A stretch of 64,000 nt of DNA from Nitrospirales bacterium (GCA_965223295.1 CBDCWC010000003.1:160001-224000); one strand, 5' to 3'. Counted from the first letter of the stretch, positions 19,654 to 30,754 are shown. Numbers and translations are program-made. The notes: a model not told the origin generated them from the sequence alone.

Positions 19654-20955
19654 CTAGCGACTTGCCTGCAGCGCTTGCTCTAGATCCGCGATGATGTCAG
19701 CAGCATCTTCGATCCCAACGGAGACGCGGATGTACCCTAGCGTGACGCCTGCTTTCACTTGTTCTGCGACCGTAAGTTGCTGGTGAGTCGTTGAGGCGGG
19801 ATGGATCACGAGTGTTTTCGCATCGCCAATATTGGCAAGGTGGCTCGCCAGCTTGACGTTATCGATAAACGTTTTCCCTGCCCGTTCGCCACCTTGAATG
19901 CCAAATCCAAGAATAGCCCCGGCACCGGCGGGCAAATATTTCTTAGCAACCTGATGATGAGAATGGCTCTCAAGGCCAGGATAGTTAACCCACTCGACGA
20001 GTTCGTGTCCTTCGAGAAATTTTGCGACCGCCAAAGCATTTTCACAGTGACGCGGCATTCGTAAATGCAACGTCTCAAGTCCCTGGAGAGTCAGAAAAGA
20101 GGCAAAAGGGCTCATGGCCGCACCGGTATCACGCAGCCAATGCGTCCGCATATGCAAGATATACGCAATATTGCCCATCGGGCGTAGAGCTTCTTCGAAG
20201 ACGGTGCCGTGGTACGAAGGTGAAGGTGCACAGAATTCCGGCCAACGCTTTGGATCATCAGCCCATGGAAAATTCGCACTATCAACAACCGCACCACCAA
20301 CATGTACACCATGTCCACCAATGAATTTGGTGGTCGAATAGACAACGATATCAACTCCATGCTCAATCGGCCGCAGGAGCATCGGCGTCATGACCGTGTT
20401 ATCACAGATCGTGGGAAGATGGAGTGCATGCGCGGCATCCGTAACCTTTTTGAAATCAGGAACATCGTTTTTCGGATTACCCATGCTCTCGAAGAACACA
20501 CAGCGAGTGTTCTCATCTGCGAGTTCAGCAATCTGCTCGGGTTGATCCGACTCAAAGAACCGGACTTCAATCCCAAGATTTTTGAGCGTCGTCGTAAACA
20601 GGGTCCATGTCCCACCGTACAGACCCGTAGAGGAAAGAAAGTTCTGGCCTGAATGGCAAATTGTCAGTAAGGCCGCCATAGTTGCGGACTGGCCAGATGC
20701 AAAGCTTAAGGCCGCCGCGCCACCGTCCATGGCAGCCAAGCGCTTTTCAAGCACATCGTTAGTCGGATTCATAATCCGGCTGTACACATTCCCAAACTCT
20801 GACAAGGCGAATAAACTTGCCGCATGATCAGTATCATTAAATACATAGGAAGTTGTCGCGTAGATCGGAACGGCACGTGCATTCGTCGTCGGATCAGGTT
20901 CCTGTCCCGCATGAACCGCCTTCGTGCCAAGACCGTGAGGGGTGCTTTCACTCAT
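19654..20955 (-). CDS. metY: O-acetylhomoserine sulfhydrylase
   Basis: PIYATTSY, YSRIMNPT, STTKFIGGHG (PLP lysine), HLANIGDAKTLVIHPASTTH. Confidence 0.93.
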   Translation of the reverse strand: MSESTPHGLGTKAVHAGQEPDPTTNARAVPIYATTSYVFNDTDHAASLFALSEFGNVYSRIMNPTNDVLEKRLAAMDGGAAALSFASGQSATMAALLTICHSGQNFLSSTGLYGGTWTLFTTTLKNLGIEVRFFESDQPEQIAELADENTRCVFFESMGNPKNDVPDFKKVTDAAHALHLPTICDNTVMTPMLLRPIEHGVDIVVYSTTKFIGGHGVHVGGAVVDSANFPWADDPKRWPEFCAPSPSYHGTVFEEALRPMGNIAYILHMRTHWLRDTGAAMSPFASFLTLQGLETLHLRMPRHCENALAVAKFLEGHELVEWVNYPGLESHSHHQVAKKYLPAGAGAILGFGIQGGERAGKTFIDNVKLASHLANIGDAKTLVIHPASTTHQQLTVAEQVKAGVTLGYIRVSVGIEDAADIIADLEQALQASR

Positions 20956-21137
20956 TTCTTCGCTCCAATCATTTTGAGATGAGGAATAGATAAAAAGCCG
21001 AGTGTAAGTGGGCAGCAAAGTACCAAAGGATTCACAGAAGGGTCAATGAATCATCTGAGAGTTGGCTTGCATCGTGAGGATTTCCTCTAAGAGAGCACTT
21101 TTGATAGCAGAAAACTACAGATTCTAGCCGTAAAAAT

Positions 21138-24100
21138 CTACTCTAGCAAAAACTCAAAATCTTTTTGCGTTAATCCCGCTCCGCCTCCTTTATGAGATGC
21201 GCCTTCTAATACGGCATTATAGAGTTCCATTTTTTGCTGTTTAAGAGCCATCATCTTTTCTTCAATGGTGTGTCGCATGAGCAATCGCATAATCGAGACT
21301 TTTTGTTTTTGCCCAATACGATGGGCGCGATCTGAGGCTTGATTTTCAACGGCGGGATTCCACCACGGGTCTAAATGAAAGACATAGGAGGCTTTTGTCA
21401 GATTTAACCCCTGCCCCCCAGCTTTGAGGCTGAGTAAAAAGACCATGGCCTTATGACTCTCCTGAAATTCCTGTACGATTTTTTTGCGCGTAGGTGTGGG
21501 CGTTGAGCCGTCCAGCCGCACATAGGGAATATGATGCGCCTGAAATTCCTGTTCAACGAGATCTAAATACGAGGTAAATTGAGAAAACACCAAGGCGCTA
21601 TGTCCCTCATCCATGAGTTCTTCTAATCGCTCCACCACACAGCCCAATTTGGGAGAAGTATCCGTACTATCTTGTTGAATAAGGCGAGGTGAGAGACAGA
21701 TTTGACGCAATTTCAAGATAGCGGTTAGCGCAATAATTCTGGCTTGTGAAGCCGTTTTCGTACGATACGCCGATGCAATCGTCGAACGGATAGTGGCCAC
21801 GGTCTGTTGGTAGAGCGATTTCTGGCGATCCGTCAGTTCTAGATAGATATCTGTTTCGATTTTTTGAGGCAGCTCTTTCAGTATTTGGGATTTTGTGCGC
21901 CGGAGCACGAACGGTTTCGTCCGCTGCATAATCGTTCTCAGTAACTCAGGAGATGGCGCCTTCAATTTTCCTTTGAGACTCTCATACTCACCCAACAAAC
22001 CCGGTACACATAAATCCATCAGGGAATAATATTCGCCGACATGGTTCTCTAATGGAGTCCCGGTCATCACACATTTAAAATACCCTTTGAGGCGTCGCGC
22101 GGCGCCAGTTGTCCCGGCTAGAATATTTTTGACAGCCTGCGCTTCATCAAAGAAAATGACGTGAAACATCTGTTGTTCAAGAATGACAATATCTCGTCGG
22201 ACCAATCCATAGGTAGTCAGCACCACATCTGCATGGGCAAAATCTGTCTGGCGTTCTTTTCCTACATAATGGTGAATATTGAAATTGGGATAGAACCGAG
22301 TCATCTCTTGTTCCCAATTAAAGAGTAAACTTGGGGGCAACACCACTAAATGCGGTCCCAGCTGTTGACTTGGAGATTCAATGACACCCTCATGGATCCC
22401 CGCTAGCAAACTAATAGCTTGGATGGTTTTTCCTAATCCCATATCATCAGCTAAGCACGCCCCTAAACGATGCTGGTACAAAAACCCTAACCAGCGGTAT
22501 CCTTCTTGTTGATAGGGACGCAGCTTAGCCTGTAGCTTTTTGGGCAAGGGTCGGCGATCAATCCGCTCAAAATTCAGAAGACGGTCAACTAAGGCTTCAT
22601 CCTCAGGTGAGAGAGTAATTTTGACTCCCCGCTTACGCAATGCGACCCAATCCAAGATCTGCAGTTTAGGAACTTGTACGACGACAGGCTTCCCTTCATG
22701 TGACTTCTTGGGTAGTTTCGAGGAAGAGAGTGCAGTTAATGTTCGCAAGATTTCTTGCGTATCTTGATCCACAATACGCACCTGTCCATCGACTTCCATG
22801 ATACCCCCTCGATCCAGAATCGTCTGAATCTCGTGGGCTTCGAGACGAACACCGTCACACATGATTTCAGGGCGCAATTCGAACCAATCAATAGTCGGCG
22901 GACGGCTTGCATCAACGGAACAATCCCAGTCTCCTGTCGACACGGGCTTATCCTGGAAAAATAGTTCAATACCGGCTTCGGCAGTTTTTGCGTAACATTC
23001 AGGCAACCCCGCATACAGAGCCTCTTGAGACAGTGACATGACATCATGCGAAATCATGTTTTCAAAGATGGGCAGGCCCCAAATTTCGTAGGGAATGCGA
23101 TATAACAAGGCTTCCTTTGCCCAATCATTTGGGATCACACACCATTGACCGTCGTGAACAAGCAAGCGCAGGGACTCTTCTAGAAGTGGCACTGAAAAAA
23201 AGTTGAGCAATTCTTCCGCTTCCGCTTTGATACGAAAAGGGCCAAACTCTTCTTGGCGTAGACAGGCTTTGATCAGCCTCTTTCCGGCAGCCGACGTTTT
23301 CGCTCGACAGAGTTGAAAAAACGTGTCATAGAGCGCGGCTCGCCGTTTTTTGGATCGCAATCCACTGGAAACCGATAAGCCTCGCTCAACAACCAGATAG
23401 AAACTGAAAATTTGTTCGCTCGTCGCACCGAAACCTTCGCCTTGCCAGCATTCTGCCACCAAGGATGCGGCATTGGTTTCCAGAAGAGGCTCATCCACCA
23501 GCCAGGCTTCAGGCATCACCGTCAAACGATTTCGTTGAGGTTTAGGAATTTCGGTTCCATCAGTTTGAATCAGGTCGACCTCTCGTCCCTCAATCTTGAA
23601 TTGCACAGCTCCTAGGAGATGAGATAGATCTTTTTTAGGAAGATCAATTTGCAATTGGGCAAAGTTTCTTACCGGAATGGTCAACATCGGACGTAGGTCC
23701 CTGGCTTCCCCTTCATTCCATTGCACTGATGAAGCCGCCATCTTCCTTACACTTTTGTTCCTTGAAATGCCTCGAGGCATTTCACTTCTTTCATTGACCT
23801 GTTCGGCTAACATGTCATAGAGAACCCATCCCAACTCGTTATCCACTGGGGCCAACTTACCAGCACCCAGATCCACAACCATCCCTAGAAACAACTGAGC
23901 CTGCTCCTGAGCAACACCAAATCGAAAACTACGAGCGGCTACTGTGACATTACCTTTGCTTACATCCAATTCCGTTTTAATGATATAGGTCATCGAGGGC
24001 GCCCACTCCACTAACGTGCGCCCATGCATATCCTCAAAATAGAGAGGGAAAGCCTGCCCGTGGTGTTTCAGGAAATCCCGCAAAGCCTCCTGAACTGACC

Positions 24101-24665
24101 AAGCCGGATCCTGGGTTGCGCGCAGCAAGACAGCCAACTCGGTGGGCATGCCTAAAAACGTCTGACACACATTCCCATGATTGGTGATCGCAATGAAACC
24201 TTTCCCAAGGCGATCAACTAAATTGACTTCAAAACGCGGAATGACACGGGCAGTCTTTGATCCGGAGTGAGATGGCAACGAACCTTGCAATAACTGCTGC
24301 GAAAGCTCTTCTTGGCGAGATTTTCTGGCATTTGCTACTGGGAAAGCATCCGGCACGAGTAAATTGACCGTCGTCAACAAGGCACAAATCACATGTTTGC
24401 ACTGCGTTGAAGCCGTCCATGCGTGGCATCGGCAAGAATAGGCCAATTTCCCCTTTTGAACTAGAAACGTCACGGCATAATATTTTGATCCTCGCACCGA
24501 CGCAGCGAGGATCGTTCGCGAACGGTTCCAACTATACGACTCTAACCGGCCCTGAACGTAGTAGTCATAACCACGAAGCACAAAGGCTTTGGGAGCCAAA
24601 AAATAAATATGATTGGGAGAGAGGGCTTTAAGATGTTCGAGAACACCTGAGGGTTCTAGGGCCAT
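21138..24665 (-). CDS. SWIM zinc finger + SNF2-family helicase
   Basis: CRC..CKH SWIM; LADDMGLGKT, DEAQ, TGTPLEN, SLKAGGQGLNL, QASDRAHRIGQ. Confidence 0.93.
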   Translation of the reverse strand: MALEPSGVLEHLKALSPNHIYFLAPKAFVLRGYDYYVQGRLESYSWNRSRTILAASVRGSKYYAVTFLVQKGKLAYSCRCHAWTASTQCKHVICALLTTVNLLVPDAFPVANARKSRQEELSQQLLQGSLPSHSGSKTARVIPRFEVNLVDRLGKGFIAITNHGNVCQTFLGMPTELAVLLRATQDPAWSVQEALRDFLKHHGQAFPLYFEDMHGRTLVEWAPSMTYIIKTELDVSKGNVTVAARSFRFGVAQEQAQLFLGMVVDLGAGKLAPVDNELGWVLYDMLAEQVNERSEMPRGISRNKSVRKMAASSVQWNEGEARDLRPMLTIPVRNFAQLQIDLPKKDLSHLLGAVQFKIEGREVDLIQTDGTEIPKPQRNRLTVMPEAWLVDEPLLETNAASLVAECWQGEGFGATSEQIFSFYLVVERGLSVSSGLRSKKRRAALYDTFFQLCRAKTSAAGKRLIKACLRQEEFGPFRIKAEAEELLNFFSVPLLEESLRLLVHDGQWCVIPNDWAKEALLYRIPYEIWGLPIFENMISHDVMSLSQEALYAGLPECYAKTAEAGIELFFQDKPVSTGDWDCSVDASRPPTIDWFELRPEIMCDGVRLEAHEIQTILDRGGIMEVDGQVRIVDQDTQEILRTLTALSSSKLPKKSHEGKPVVVQVPKLQILDWVALRKRGVKITLSPEDEALVDRLLNFERIDRRPLPKKLQAKLRPYQQEGYRWLGFLYQHRLGACLADDMGLGKTIQAISLLAGIHEGVIESPSQQLGPHLVVLPPSLLFNWEQEMTRFYPNFNIHHYVGKERQTDFAHADVVLTTYGLVRRDIVILEQQMFHVIFFDEAQAVKNILAGTTGAARRLKGYFKCVMTGTPLENHVGEYYSLMDLCVPGLLGEYESLKGKLKAPSPELLRTIMQRTKPFVLRRTKSQILKELPQKIETDIYLELTDRQKSLYQQTVATIRSTIASAYRTKTASQARIIALTAILKLRQICLSPRLIQQDSTDTSPKLGCVVERLEELMDEGHSALVFSQFTSYLDLVEQEFQAHHIPYVRLDGSTPTPTRKKIVQEFQESHKAMVFLLSLKAGGQGLNLTKASYVFHLDPWWNPAVENQASDRAHRIGQKQKVSIMRLLMRHTIEEKMMALKQQKMELYNAVLEGASHKGGGAGLTQKDFEFLLE

Positions 24666-24998
24666 TGACTGTCAGCTATCCGTCCTTTAGCCATAGAATA
24701 TTCGTGATGCCGCAAGAAAAAAACTGTTCTCACGCATAAAAAAAGTCAGGCAGAAATGTCTGCCACCGCATAAGAGGAATGAGACACAAATTCACAAACG
24801 ACGCGACCAAGTTTTCATGACAAGGTTCTGTCAGAATACGGCAAAGGATTGAGAAATGGAGAGACAGCTCCACAATGTTTTGCTCAAACAAGGTATAGTA
24901 CCATCGCTACCCGTGGATGGTCATCTTCTAGAGGCAACAGAAGAAGTGCGGGAAGAGCGCTAGAAACGAGAACAACGATTAGAGGAATAGATTAAACG

Positions 24999-25775
24999 CT
25001 ATTGAAGATCTTGGACTACAACGGTCCCTTGCATAGAACCAAGATGCAGATCGCAGTGATAGGGAAACACGCCAGCCTCCTTGAATACATGCTCGAACCT
25101 CTGCCCAGGTTTGTTGACCGTGAGTCCACTATTAAACACTTGCCCCCCACCGGAACAATCATTCACACGGCAAGCCCCGCTCGTCACACTATGCGGTTCT
25201 TGAGCACCATCTGCATACACCCACACGATTTTTTCATCTGGCTGGATGGTCACTTCTGAGGGTACAAAGAAAGTCGGGGCTCGAAAAACCACTACGACGG
25301 CACCAATGGTTTCTGACGCCAGTCCCTCCTTGAAAGAAGTCGGAGCACGGGGTTCCCGAGCTATGGACAAAAATTCATCCTGCGCTGGATCAATCTCACA
25401 TGTTTTGCCTTCAGCAGCCTTCACCACAACAGCATCCACATGATCGTAGACCGCATGGGAGACTAAGCCCAACAAAAGGCCATCGTCTTTCACAATGTTC
25501 ATGACAACCGTATCACTTTGCCCCTTGGTTTCCTGAACTTGCAAGAGGCAATGTTCAGAGTTCAACTTCCACGTCAATTCTACAAAAAATGGATGGCCCA
25601 CTTCGTTTTTGTCAACGAGCACGATCTCTGCTCCAGATTCTAAATCCAAGCCAAAATCTAAGACCATATCACCAACTTCCCAGCCTATTGTAGCATGTAC
25701 CGTGACTGGAACTATCGACATCACGACGCAAAGGATTGTTTTCGTGATACCATGCTGGAGACCCATTTTCCTCAT
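24999..25775 (-). CDS. Secreted protein with C-terminal cupredoxin (type 1 Cu) domain
   Basis: Signal peptide; PHSVTSG ... YHCDLHLGSM (H, C, H, M ligands). Confidence 0.8.
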   Translation of the reverse strand: MRKMGLQHGITKTILCVVMSIVPVTVHATIGWEVGDMVLDFGLDLESGAEIVLVDKNEVGHPFFVELTWKLNSEHCLLQVQETKGQSDTVVMNIVKDDGLLLGLVSHAVYDHVDAVVVKAAEGKTCEIDPAQDEFLSIAREPRAPTSFKEGLASETIGAVVVVFRAPTFFVPSEVTIQPDEKIVWVYADGAQEPHSVTSGACRVNDCSGGGQVFNSGLTVNKPGQRFEHVFKEAGVFPYHCDLHLGSMQGTVVVQDLQ

Positions 25776-25895
25776 AACTTATTTCTTAAAAAGTGATAGG
25801 TCAATCTCACTTCCGACCCGTACTATACTGATGAGCGATCACAGATCAAACCGGCAGTCTTAATAGATAAAACCTGAAGAGAGAAGAACGTACGT

Positions 25896-26456
25896 TTAAA
25901 ATCCAATCCCAATACCGACACCACCGCCGACACCGCCACCTATGCCTCCTCCACCAAATATACCATAGCGCGGGCCGGGAGATGCGGGTTGGTTGATTTC
26001 AGCTTCCGGCCAAACATGTAAATGTTTGACCTGCAAGGTTGGATAGCGATATTCCATCTCATCAAGATTGGCACTCGTGACGCCTGAGATTTCACCCACA
26101 AGCGTCACCCGGGTACTGGCAGGAAGAGTTGCAGGATCCAGAAAAGCTGATTCTAACGCGAGAAATCGGCCTTCCGAAGTCGTCCGATCAAGAACAGGTT
26201 CTTGCGAATCATCTAACGGGAGATGCAAGATTTCAAGCCGGGTCCCATTAGCAAGACGTTTCGCAGAAAGCACTTCGCCTCCCAAAAGTACCACAGAACC
26301 TTGATGGACAGTTGGGTCCTCAAGAATTTCTGGAAAAGTTAGGGCTGGATCAATAACCTCTTTGAAGCTCTCAGGGACGACATCTGGACCAGACGCACAG
26401 CCAGCTCCAAACAGCAAAAGAACACTTAACAGCAATCCAAACATGTGAGTATGCAT
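25896..26456 (-). CDS. Slp-family outer-membrane lipoprotein
   Basis: Lipobox GAGC; LLGGEVL, GRFLA..FLDPA, YRYP; Gly-rich tail. Confidence 0.85.
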   Translation of the reverse strand: MHTHMFGLLLSVLLLFGAGCASGPDVVPESFKEVIDPALTFPEILEDPTVHQGSVVLLGGEVLSAKRLANGTRLEILHLPLDDSQEPVLDRTTSEGRFLALESAFLDPATLPASTRVTLVGEISGVTSANLDEMEYRYPTLQVKHLHVWPEAEINQPASPGPRYGIFGGGGIGGGVGGGVGIGIGF

Positions 26457-26582
26457 GAAAAGCCCTATTAGATCTGAGAAACTCTGGCCTCAGCACGATT
26501 CCCGTCAGAGACGAAGAAATCTATAAAAACAAGAGAAAATAAATGGAAAGAAACGAAAAGCTTAGATGAGGCAACTAACTCT

Positions 26583-26771
26583 TCAGTAAAGAGGCGCTTG
26601 AGGGCCAGGCCGTAATCCCACCAAATCTGGGTCTTCTCCATCGAGAACAGGACGCATTTCTTGGCTTTCAGCTTTCCGTTGCTCCCGACGAGCTTCTTTG
26701 TCTTGTTGCTTCATTCTTTTCATCATCTCCCGATTACGTTTGGCTTGAGTCACCTTGGCTGGGCGTCCCAT
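26583..26771 (-). CDS. Small charged hypothetical protein
   Basis: AGGAGGT RBS; MGRPAKVTQAKRNRE...DPDLVGLRPGPQ. Confidence 0.7.
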   Translation of the reverse strand: MGRPAKVTQAKRNREMMKRMKQQDKEARREQRKAESQEMRPVLDGEDPDLVGLRPGPQAPLY

Positions 26772-26963
26772 ATGTGACCTCCTTTCGTGAGTAAATCTTT
26801 AACGCATAGGCTTGTCTCTCAAAAAAGAGAAGTAACCACTACAGAAGAAAACCCTAATGTTTTCAATATAATCTTCCCAAAATAAACGCCTCAGACTAAC
26901 ACCCTCCTGAAGGGGAGTCAAATTGTCAAGATGTTGTGGGACAAGGAACTTTCATCACAGCTT

Positions 26964-27151
26964 GAGACGGTTGAATAATGATGATATCAGCGGCCACATC
27001 TAGTTTCTAAGACTTAACATGTAAGAGGCCTCGGTCTGTTCAAAAAAGTCCGCTCGCCTGCGCGAAGCCGCTTTCAGCCTTCGTAGCTACTGCGGCGAAG
27101 GAAACCCGGCGAAGGCAGGGAACGCAGCTGGCGGTTTTTTTCAACAGACCC
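26964..27151 (-). mobile_element. MITE-like element, copy 3 (core replaced by nested hairpins)
   Basis: ggttgaataat ... gctggcggtttttttcaacagaccc. Confidence 0.75.
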
Positions 27152-27187
27152 AGTTTTCAAAACCACCATCTCAAGCATATCCCAACG

Positions 27188-27787
27188 TCACAGCTCCACT
27201 TCTTCACCTTTCGGAACCCATTCTTTGGCTAACCGCTTGGCGTCTTGAATCTGATCAGGGCGCAAGGCTTTCTCCAGAAAATCCAAAGCCAACACCGCCG
27301 GCTCTACACCCTGTTGAGCAGAAAGATACGCCCATTTATAGGCTTCAACCACATTTTTCTCGATGCCTTCACCTTCAAAATACATGAGCCCCAAATGATT
27401 TTGCGCTCCACCATTTCCTTGTTCCGCTGAGCGACGAAACCAGCGTAACGCCTCTTTATAATTTTGCTGCACTCCCAAACCTTGTCGGTACATCGCCCCC
27501 AGATTGTTTTGCGCCCTCGCGTGGCCCTGGTCTGCGGCTAATCGATACCAGTGATGCGCTTGTTCAAAATTCTGAGTCACTCCTTGCCCATACCGATACA
27601 TATATCCCAGCATGTTTTGTGCTTCGGCATTGCCACGTCCCGCCAAGGGCCGCCATTCTTCAAGAGCTCTTTCAAAATCTCCCTGCAGGTAGGCTTCTTC
27701 GCCAGCCAGAAAATTTCCCCATGCTGGAAGCGCCGTGACTACAAACCATAGAAGAAGAATGACCTTCACGTATCTCAGATATTTCAT
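27188..27787 (-). CDS. Secreted Sel1-repeat protein
   Basis: Signal peptide; three AQNxLGxMYxxGxG repeats. Confidence 0.9.
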   Translation of the reverse strand: MKYLRYVKVILLLWFVVTALPAWGNFLAGEEAYLQGDFERALEEWRPLAGRGNAEAQNMLGYMYRYGQGVTQNFEQAHHWYRLAADQGHARAQNNLGAMYRQGLGVQQNYKEALRWFRRSAEQGNGGAQNHLGLMYFEGEGIEKNVVEAYKWAYLSAQQGVEPAVLALDFLEKALRPDQIQDAKRLAKEWVPKGEEVEL

Positions 27788-27974
27788 ACGTCCTCTTGTC
27801 AGCTTCACCTCAAGTTCTCCCAACTCAGAGATACAACTGTTTTGGCGTCAGAATAACATCGTGTCCACTCTTATCAAACCGCAGCGCTGGATAATACTTC
27901 CAACATAAGGACTCTTATGTATTCTATCATAGTTCAGCATCAACACCGATACACATCAGAGTCAGTCCACCTGA

Positions 27975-29798
27975 CTACGATCTCCCAGAATAGGCTTGGC
28001 GATTCTCCTCAAGCTCGGCCCATCGGATATAAAGCTGTTCTAACTCCTGCTCCGTTTGCCTTAACGCTTCATAGACTTCTTGAAGGCGTAGATGATTCGC
28101 GGCAATCATTGGATCGTCTATCGTCGCACGACAAGCCGCACATTCCTCTTCAACTTGGAGAATACGTGCTTCCATCCCATCATATTCCCGTTGTTCCTTA
28201 AACGAAAGCTTCTTGGGCTTTGGCTCCCGTGGATCTCCATTGCCTCTAGTGGAAGAAGAGGTCTTTTGCTTCAAAGGAGTGTGCTGAGCGTTCAACCACG
28301 CCTCCCATTGAGCATATGTAGCGAAACTCCCAGACGCTCCCTTCCCATCGAGCCCAATAAATTCCGTACAGACTTTTTCCATCATGTAACGGTCGTGCGT
28401 AACTAAAATCAGCGCGCCGGGAAACTCCTTAAAACTTTCCTCAAGAGTCTCCCGGGTTTGAATATCCAAATCGTTTGTTGGCTCATCGACAATGAGTACG
28501 TCAGCGGGCGTTAACATAAATCGAGCTACCACGGCACGAGCTTGCTCGCCACCAGACAATAGCTTCACCGGCAACTCTAATTGTTCTGGTTGAAAACCGA
28601 ACCGCTTGGCCCAACCGGCTATATGAATAGTCTGTCCTCGATAGGTGACCGTATGGCCTGTATCCGAAAGTGCCCGTCGCAATGTCATCTTGAGATCCAA
28701 TTGTTCACGATTTTGATCAAAATAGACGACTTGTAGATGCTCGGCATATTTGACCGTCCCCTCATCGGGATCCAATTCTTTTGCTAACAGTTTGAGAAGT
28801 GTTGATTTGCCTGAGCCGTTATGGCCTAAGACTCCCAGGGCTTTACCTGGAGAAAGCATCACCTTAAGATTTTGAACGATACGGTGCGAACCGAATGCTT
28901 TTCGAAGTCCGGTGACTTCAATAAGCTGCCGGGTTTGTCGGCCTAAACCGACAAAATCTATTGCGACCTTCTGTTGACGTAAACGTGTGGCGGTTTCAGC
29001 TAATTCATTCTGTAAGGCATGGGCGGTCTCCACGCGATACTTAGCTTTCGTCGTCCGCGCCTTCGGACCCTGACGCAACCAGGCTTCTTCACGCCGAACT
29101 TTACCTGCCAAGGCTTGCGCCTGTTGCTCCTGTGTCTCGTGAAAGGCATCTCGTTTTTCCAAAAAATGTGAATATGTTCCCTCTACAGCGAAAAGACCTT
29201 CCACGTACCGACTATGTAGCTCTACCACTTTTCTTACGGTGCGATTTAAGAACCATCGATCATGACTGACGAGCGCCCACGCCCATGGAGCTTGCACGAG
29301 TAATTGCTCTAACCACTGCAGGCTGTCCAGGTCGAGATGATTTGTGGGTTCATCTAACAACATAACATCCGGATCCTGCATCAAGCCGCACGCAATCGCT
29401 AAACGTTTTTTCAATCCTCCTGACAAGGGACCGATCGGTTGGGCAATATCATCAAATCCAATACGCCCTGCGATTTCGTATATGCGAGCCTGGACTTCAT
29501 TGTCTGACAGACCAGAAGCGCGGACGCTCTGCTGCAGCACCGCACCCACTGTCATACCATCTGCAAACTCGTTGGCCTGAGGCACATAGACGACACGCAA
29601 ATGCTGGCGCCGTGTGACCTGCCCTTCATCCGGAGCTTCAAGCCCTGCAAAAATTTTTAAAAATGTGGATTTACCTGCCCCATTCGGACCAATAATCCCT
29701 ACCCGATCGTTCTCAGCAATCCCAAACGTGACGCCATGAAATAACTGTTGAGCCCCGAATGATTTTTGAATTTGTTGAGCGTAAATCAATGCCGACAT
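27975..29798 (-). CDS. uup: ABC-F ATPase (Uup-like)
   Basis: Two ABC domains (GPNGAGKST, GHNGSGKST, LSGG, DEPTN), linker GPKARTTKAKYR, KKLSFKEQRE C-terminal domain. Confidence 0.88.
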   Translation of the reverse strand: MSALIYAQQIQKSFGAQQLFHGVTFGIAENDRVGIIGPNGAGKSTFLKIFAGLEAPDEGQVTRRQHLRVVYVPQANEFADGMTVGAVLQQSVRASGLSDNEVQARIYEIAGRIGFDDIAQPIGPLSGGLKKRLAIACGLMQDPDVMLLDEPTNHLDLDSLQWLEQLLVQAPWAWALVSHDRWFLNRTVRKVVELHSRYVEGLFAVEGTYSHFLEKRDAFHETQEQQAQALAGKVRREEAWLRQGPKARTTKAKYRVETAHALQNELAETATRLRQQKVAIDFVGLGRQTRQLIEVTGLRKAFGSHRIVQNLKVMLSPGKALGVLGHNGSGKSTLLKLLAKELDPDEGTVKYAEHLQVVYFDQNREQLDLKMTLRRALSDTGHTVTYRGQTIHIAGWAKRFGFQPEQLELPVKLLSGGEQARAVVARFMLTPADVLIVDEPTNDLDIQTRETLEESFKEFPGALILVTHDRYMMEKVCTEFIGLDGKGASGSFATYAQWEAWLNAQHTPLKQKTSSSTRGNGDPREPKPKKLSFKEQREYDGMEARILQVEEECAACRATIDDPMIAANHLRLQEVYEALRQTEQELEQLYIRWAELEENRQAYSGRS

Positions 29799-29853
29799 AC
29801 TCGTTTCAACCCAGAACCTTCCCGAGAGACAAGATATTTTTCTGTTCCTCTTT

Positions 29854-30077
29854 GGGAGTGTTGAATAATGAAGTTATCAAAGGCCATATTTCTCCAGGAA
29901 GCCGTTCGACATCAACCACATCGGGACGGTTCAAAAATGTCGTCCAGCAAGGCCACAGCCATTCCCGGCCTTCGTAGCTCACTTCGGCGGAGTAGGCTTT
30001 GCGCGCGGAGCGTACTGGCACTACGTGAGCACGGGAAAAGGGCGAGAACGCTGCTGGCGGATTTTTTCAACAGGCCC
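29854..30077 (-). mobile_element. MITE-like element, copy 4 (with inserted hairpin)
   Basis: gggagtgttgaataat ... gattttttcaacaggccc. Confidence 0.8.
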
Positions 30078-30143
30078 TCTTTCTTTTTAGCCCTCCTCTT
30101 CCAGTACAATGGAGCAAACAGGTTCCATCAATGAGGTAACCGC

Positions 30144-30719
30144 ATGGGTATTGTTCTCTCCGAAGGTACAACCAGCTTTCACGTTCCCTATGGCCCGGCC
30201 ATCACTGATGGGAGCCTTGACGCTCGCTTTATTGATGTCAAAACCAACCCACAAATGATTCCCATACTGCCGCCCTGCATCGGATGGCCGGAAACACAGG
30301 AGCTGCTCACGCAGATCAACAAGCCACAGTCACCCTTTATGAGCCTGGCTGCCGATCAAAGTTATGCAAAAGGGCCTGACCCTAACCAACCTGTGATTTT
30401 GGTCTCGTTCGTGAGCCTCTGCTTTACCGAAATTTCACACAACGCCAAAGATTTACTCTCTGATCTCGTCACCTTCCTCCAAAAGCAAATGGATAATCTC
30501 CTACAAGACGTAAGCACCATACTTGATCATACCTTGGATTTGGAAATCATCTTAGAAATCCAACCCACGCAATTCCACCACCATCAAATTGAAGGTTGGA
30601 GCTTAACTGTCATGATGGTGTCTTCTGGACAAGACCATCATGCCGTTCGTGACACCTGGGGCTATGGCATCGCTGCCCTTATAGATGGGTTAAAGGCCTA
30701 TGGACCACAAGACAGCTGA
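30144..30719 (+). CDS. Hypothetical protein
   Basis: 191-aa ORF with GAGGT RBS filling the gap between genes. Confidence 0.7.
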   Translation: MGIVLSEGTTSFHVPYGPAITDGSLDARFIDVKTNPQMIPILPPCIGWPETQELLTQINKPQSPFMSLAADQSYAKGPDPNQPVILVSFVSLCFTEISHNAKDLLSDLVTFLQKQMDNLLQDVSTILDHTLDLEIILEIQPTQFHHHQIEGWSLTVMMVSSGQDHHAVRDTWGYGIAALIDGLKAYGPQDS

Positions 30720-30754
30720 GGCATTTCCACCTTCGTACGCGCTTTAATCCCACA

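Noticed and set aside
20956-21137. Possible SAM riboswitch upstream of metY
   Set aside because: No SAM-I/II core recognised by eye; an Infernal/Rfam scan would settle it
21138-24665. SWIM-SNF2 helicase as an anti-phage defence gene
   Set aside because: Stand-alone gene among housekeeping neighbours, with no methylase or nuclease partners
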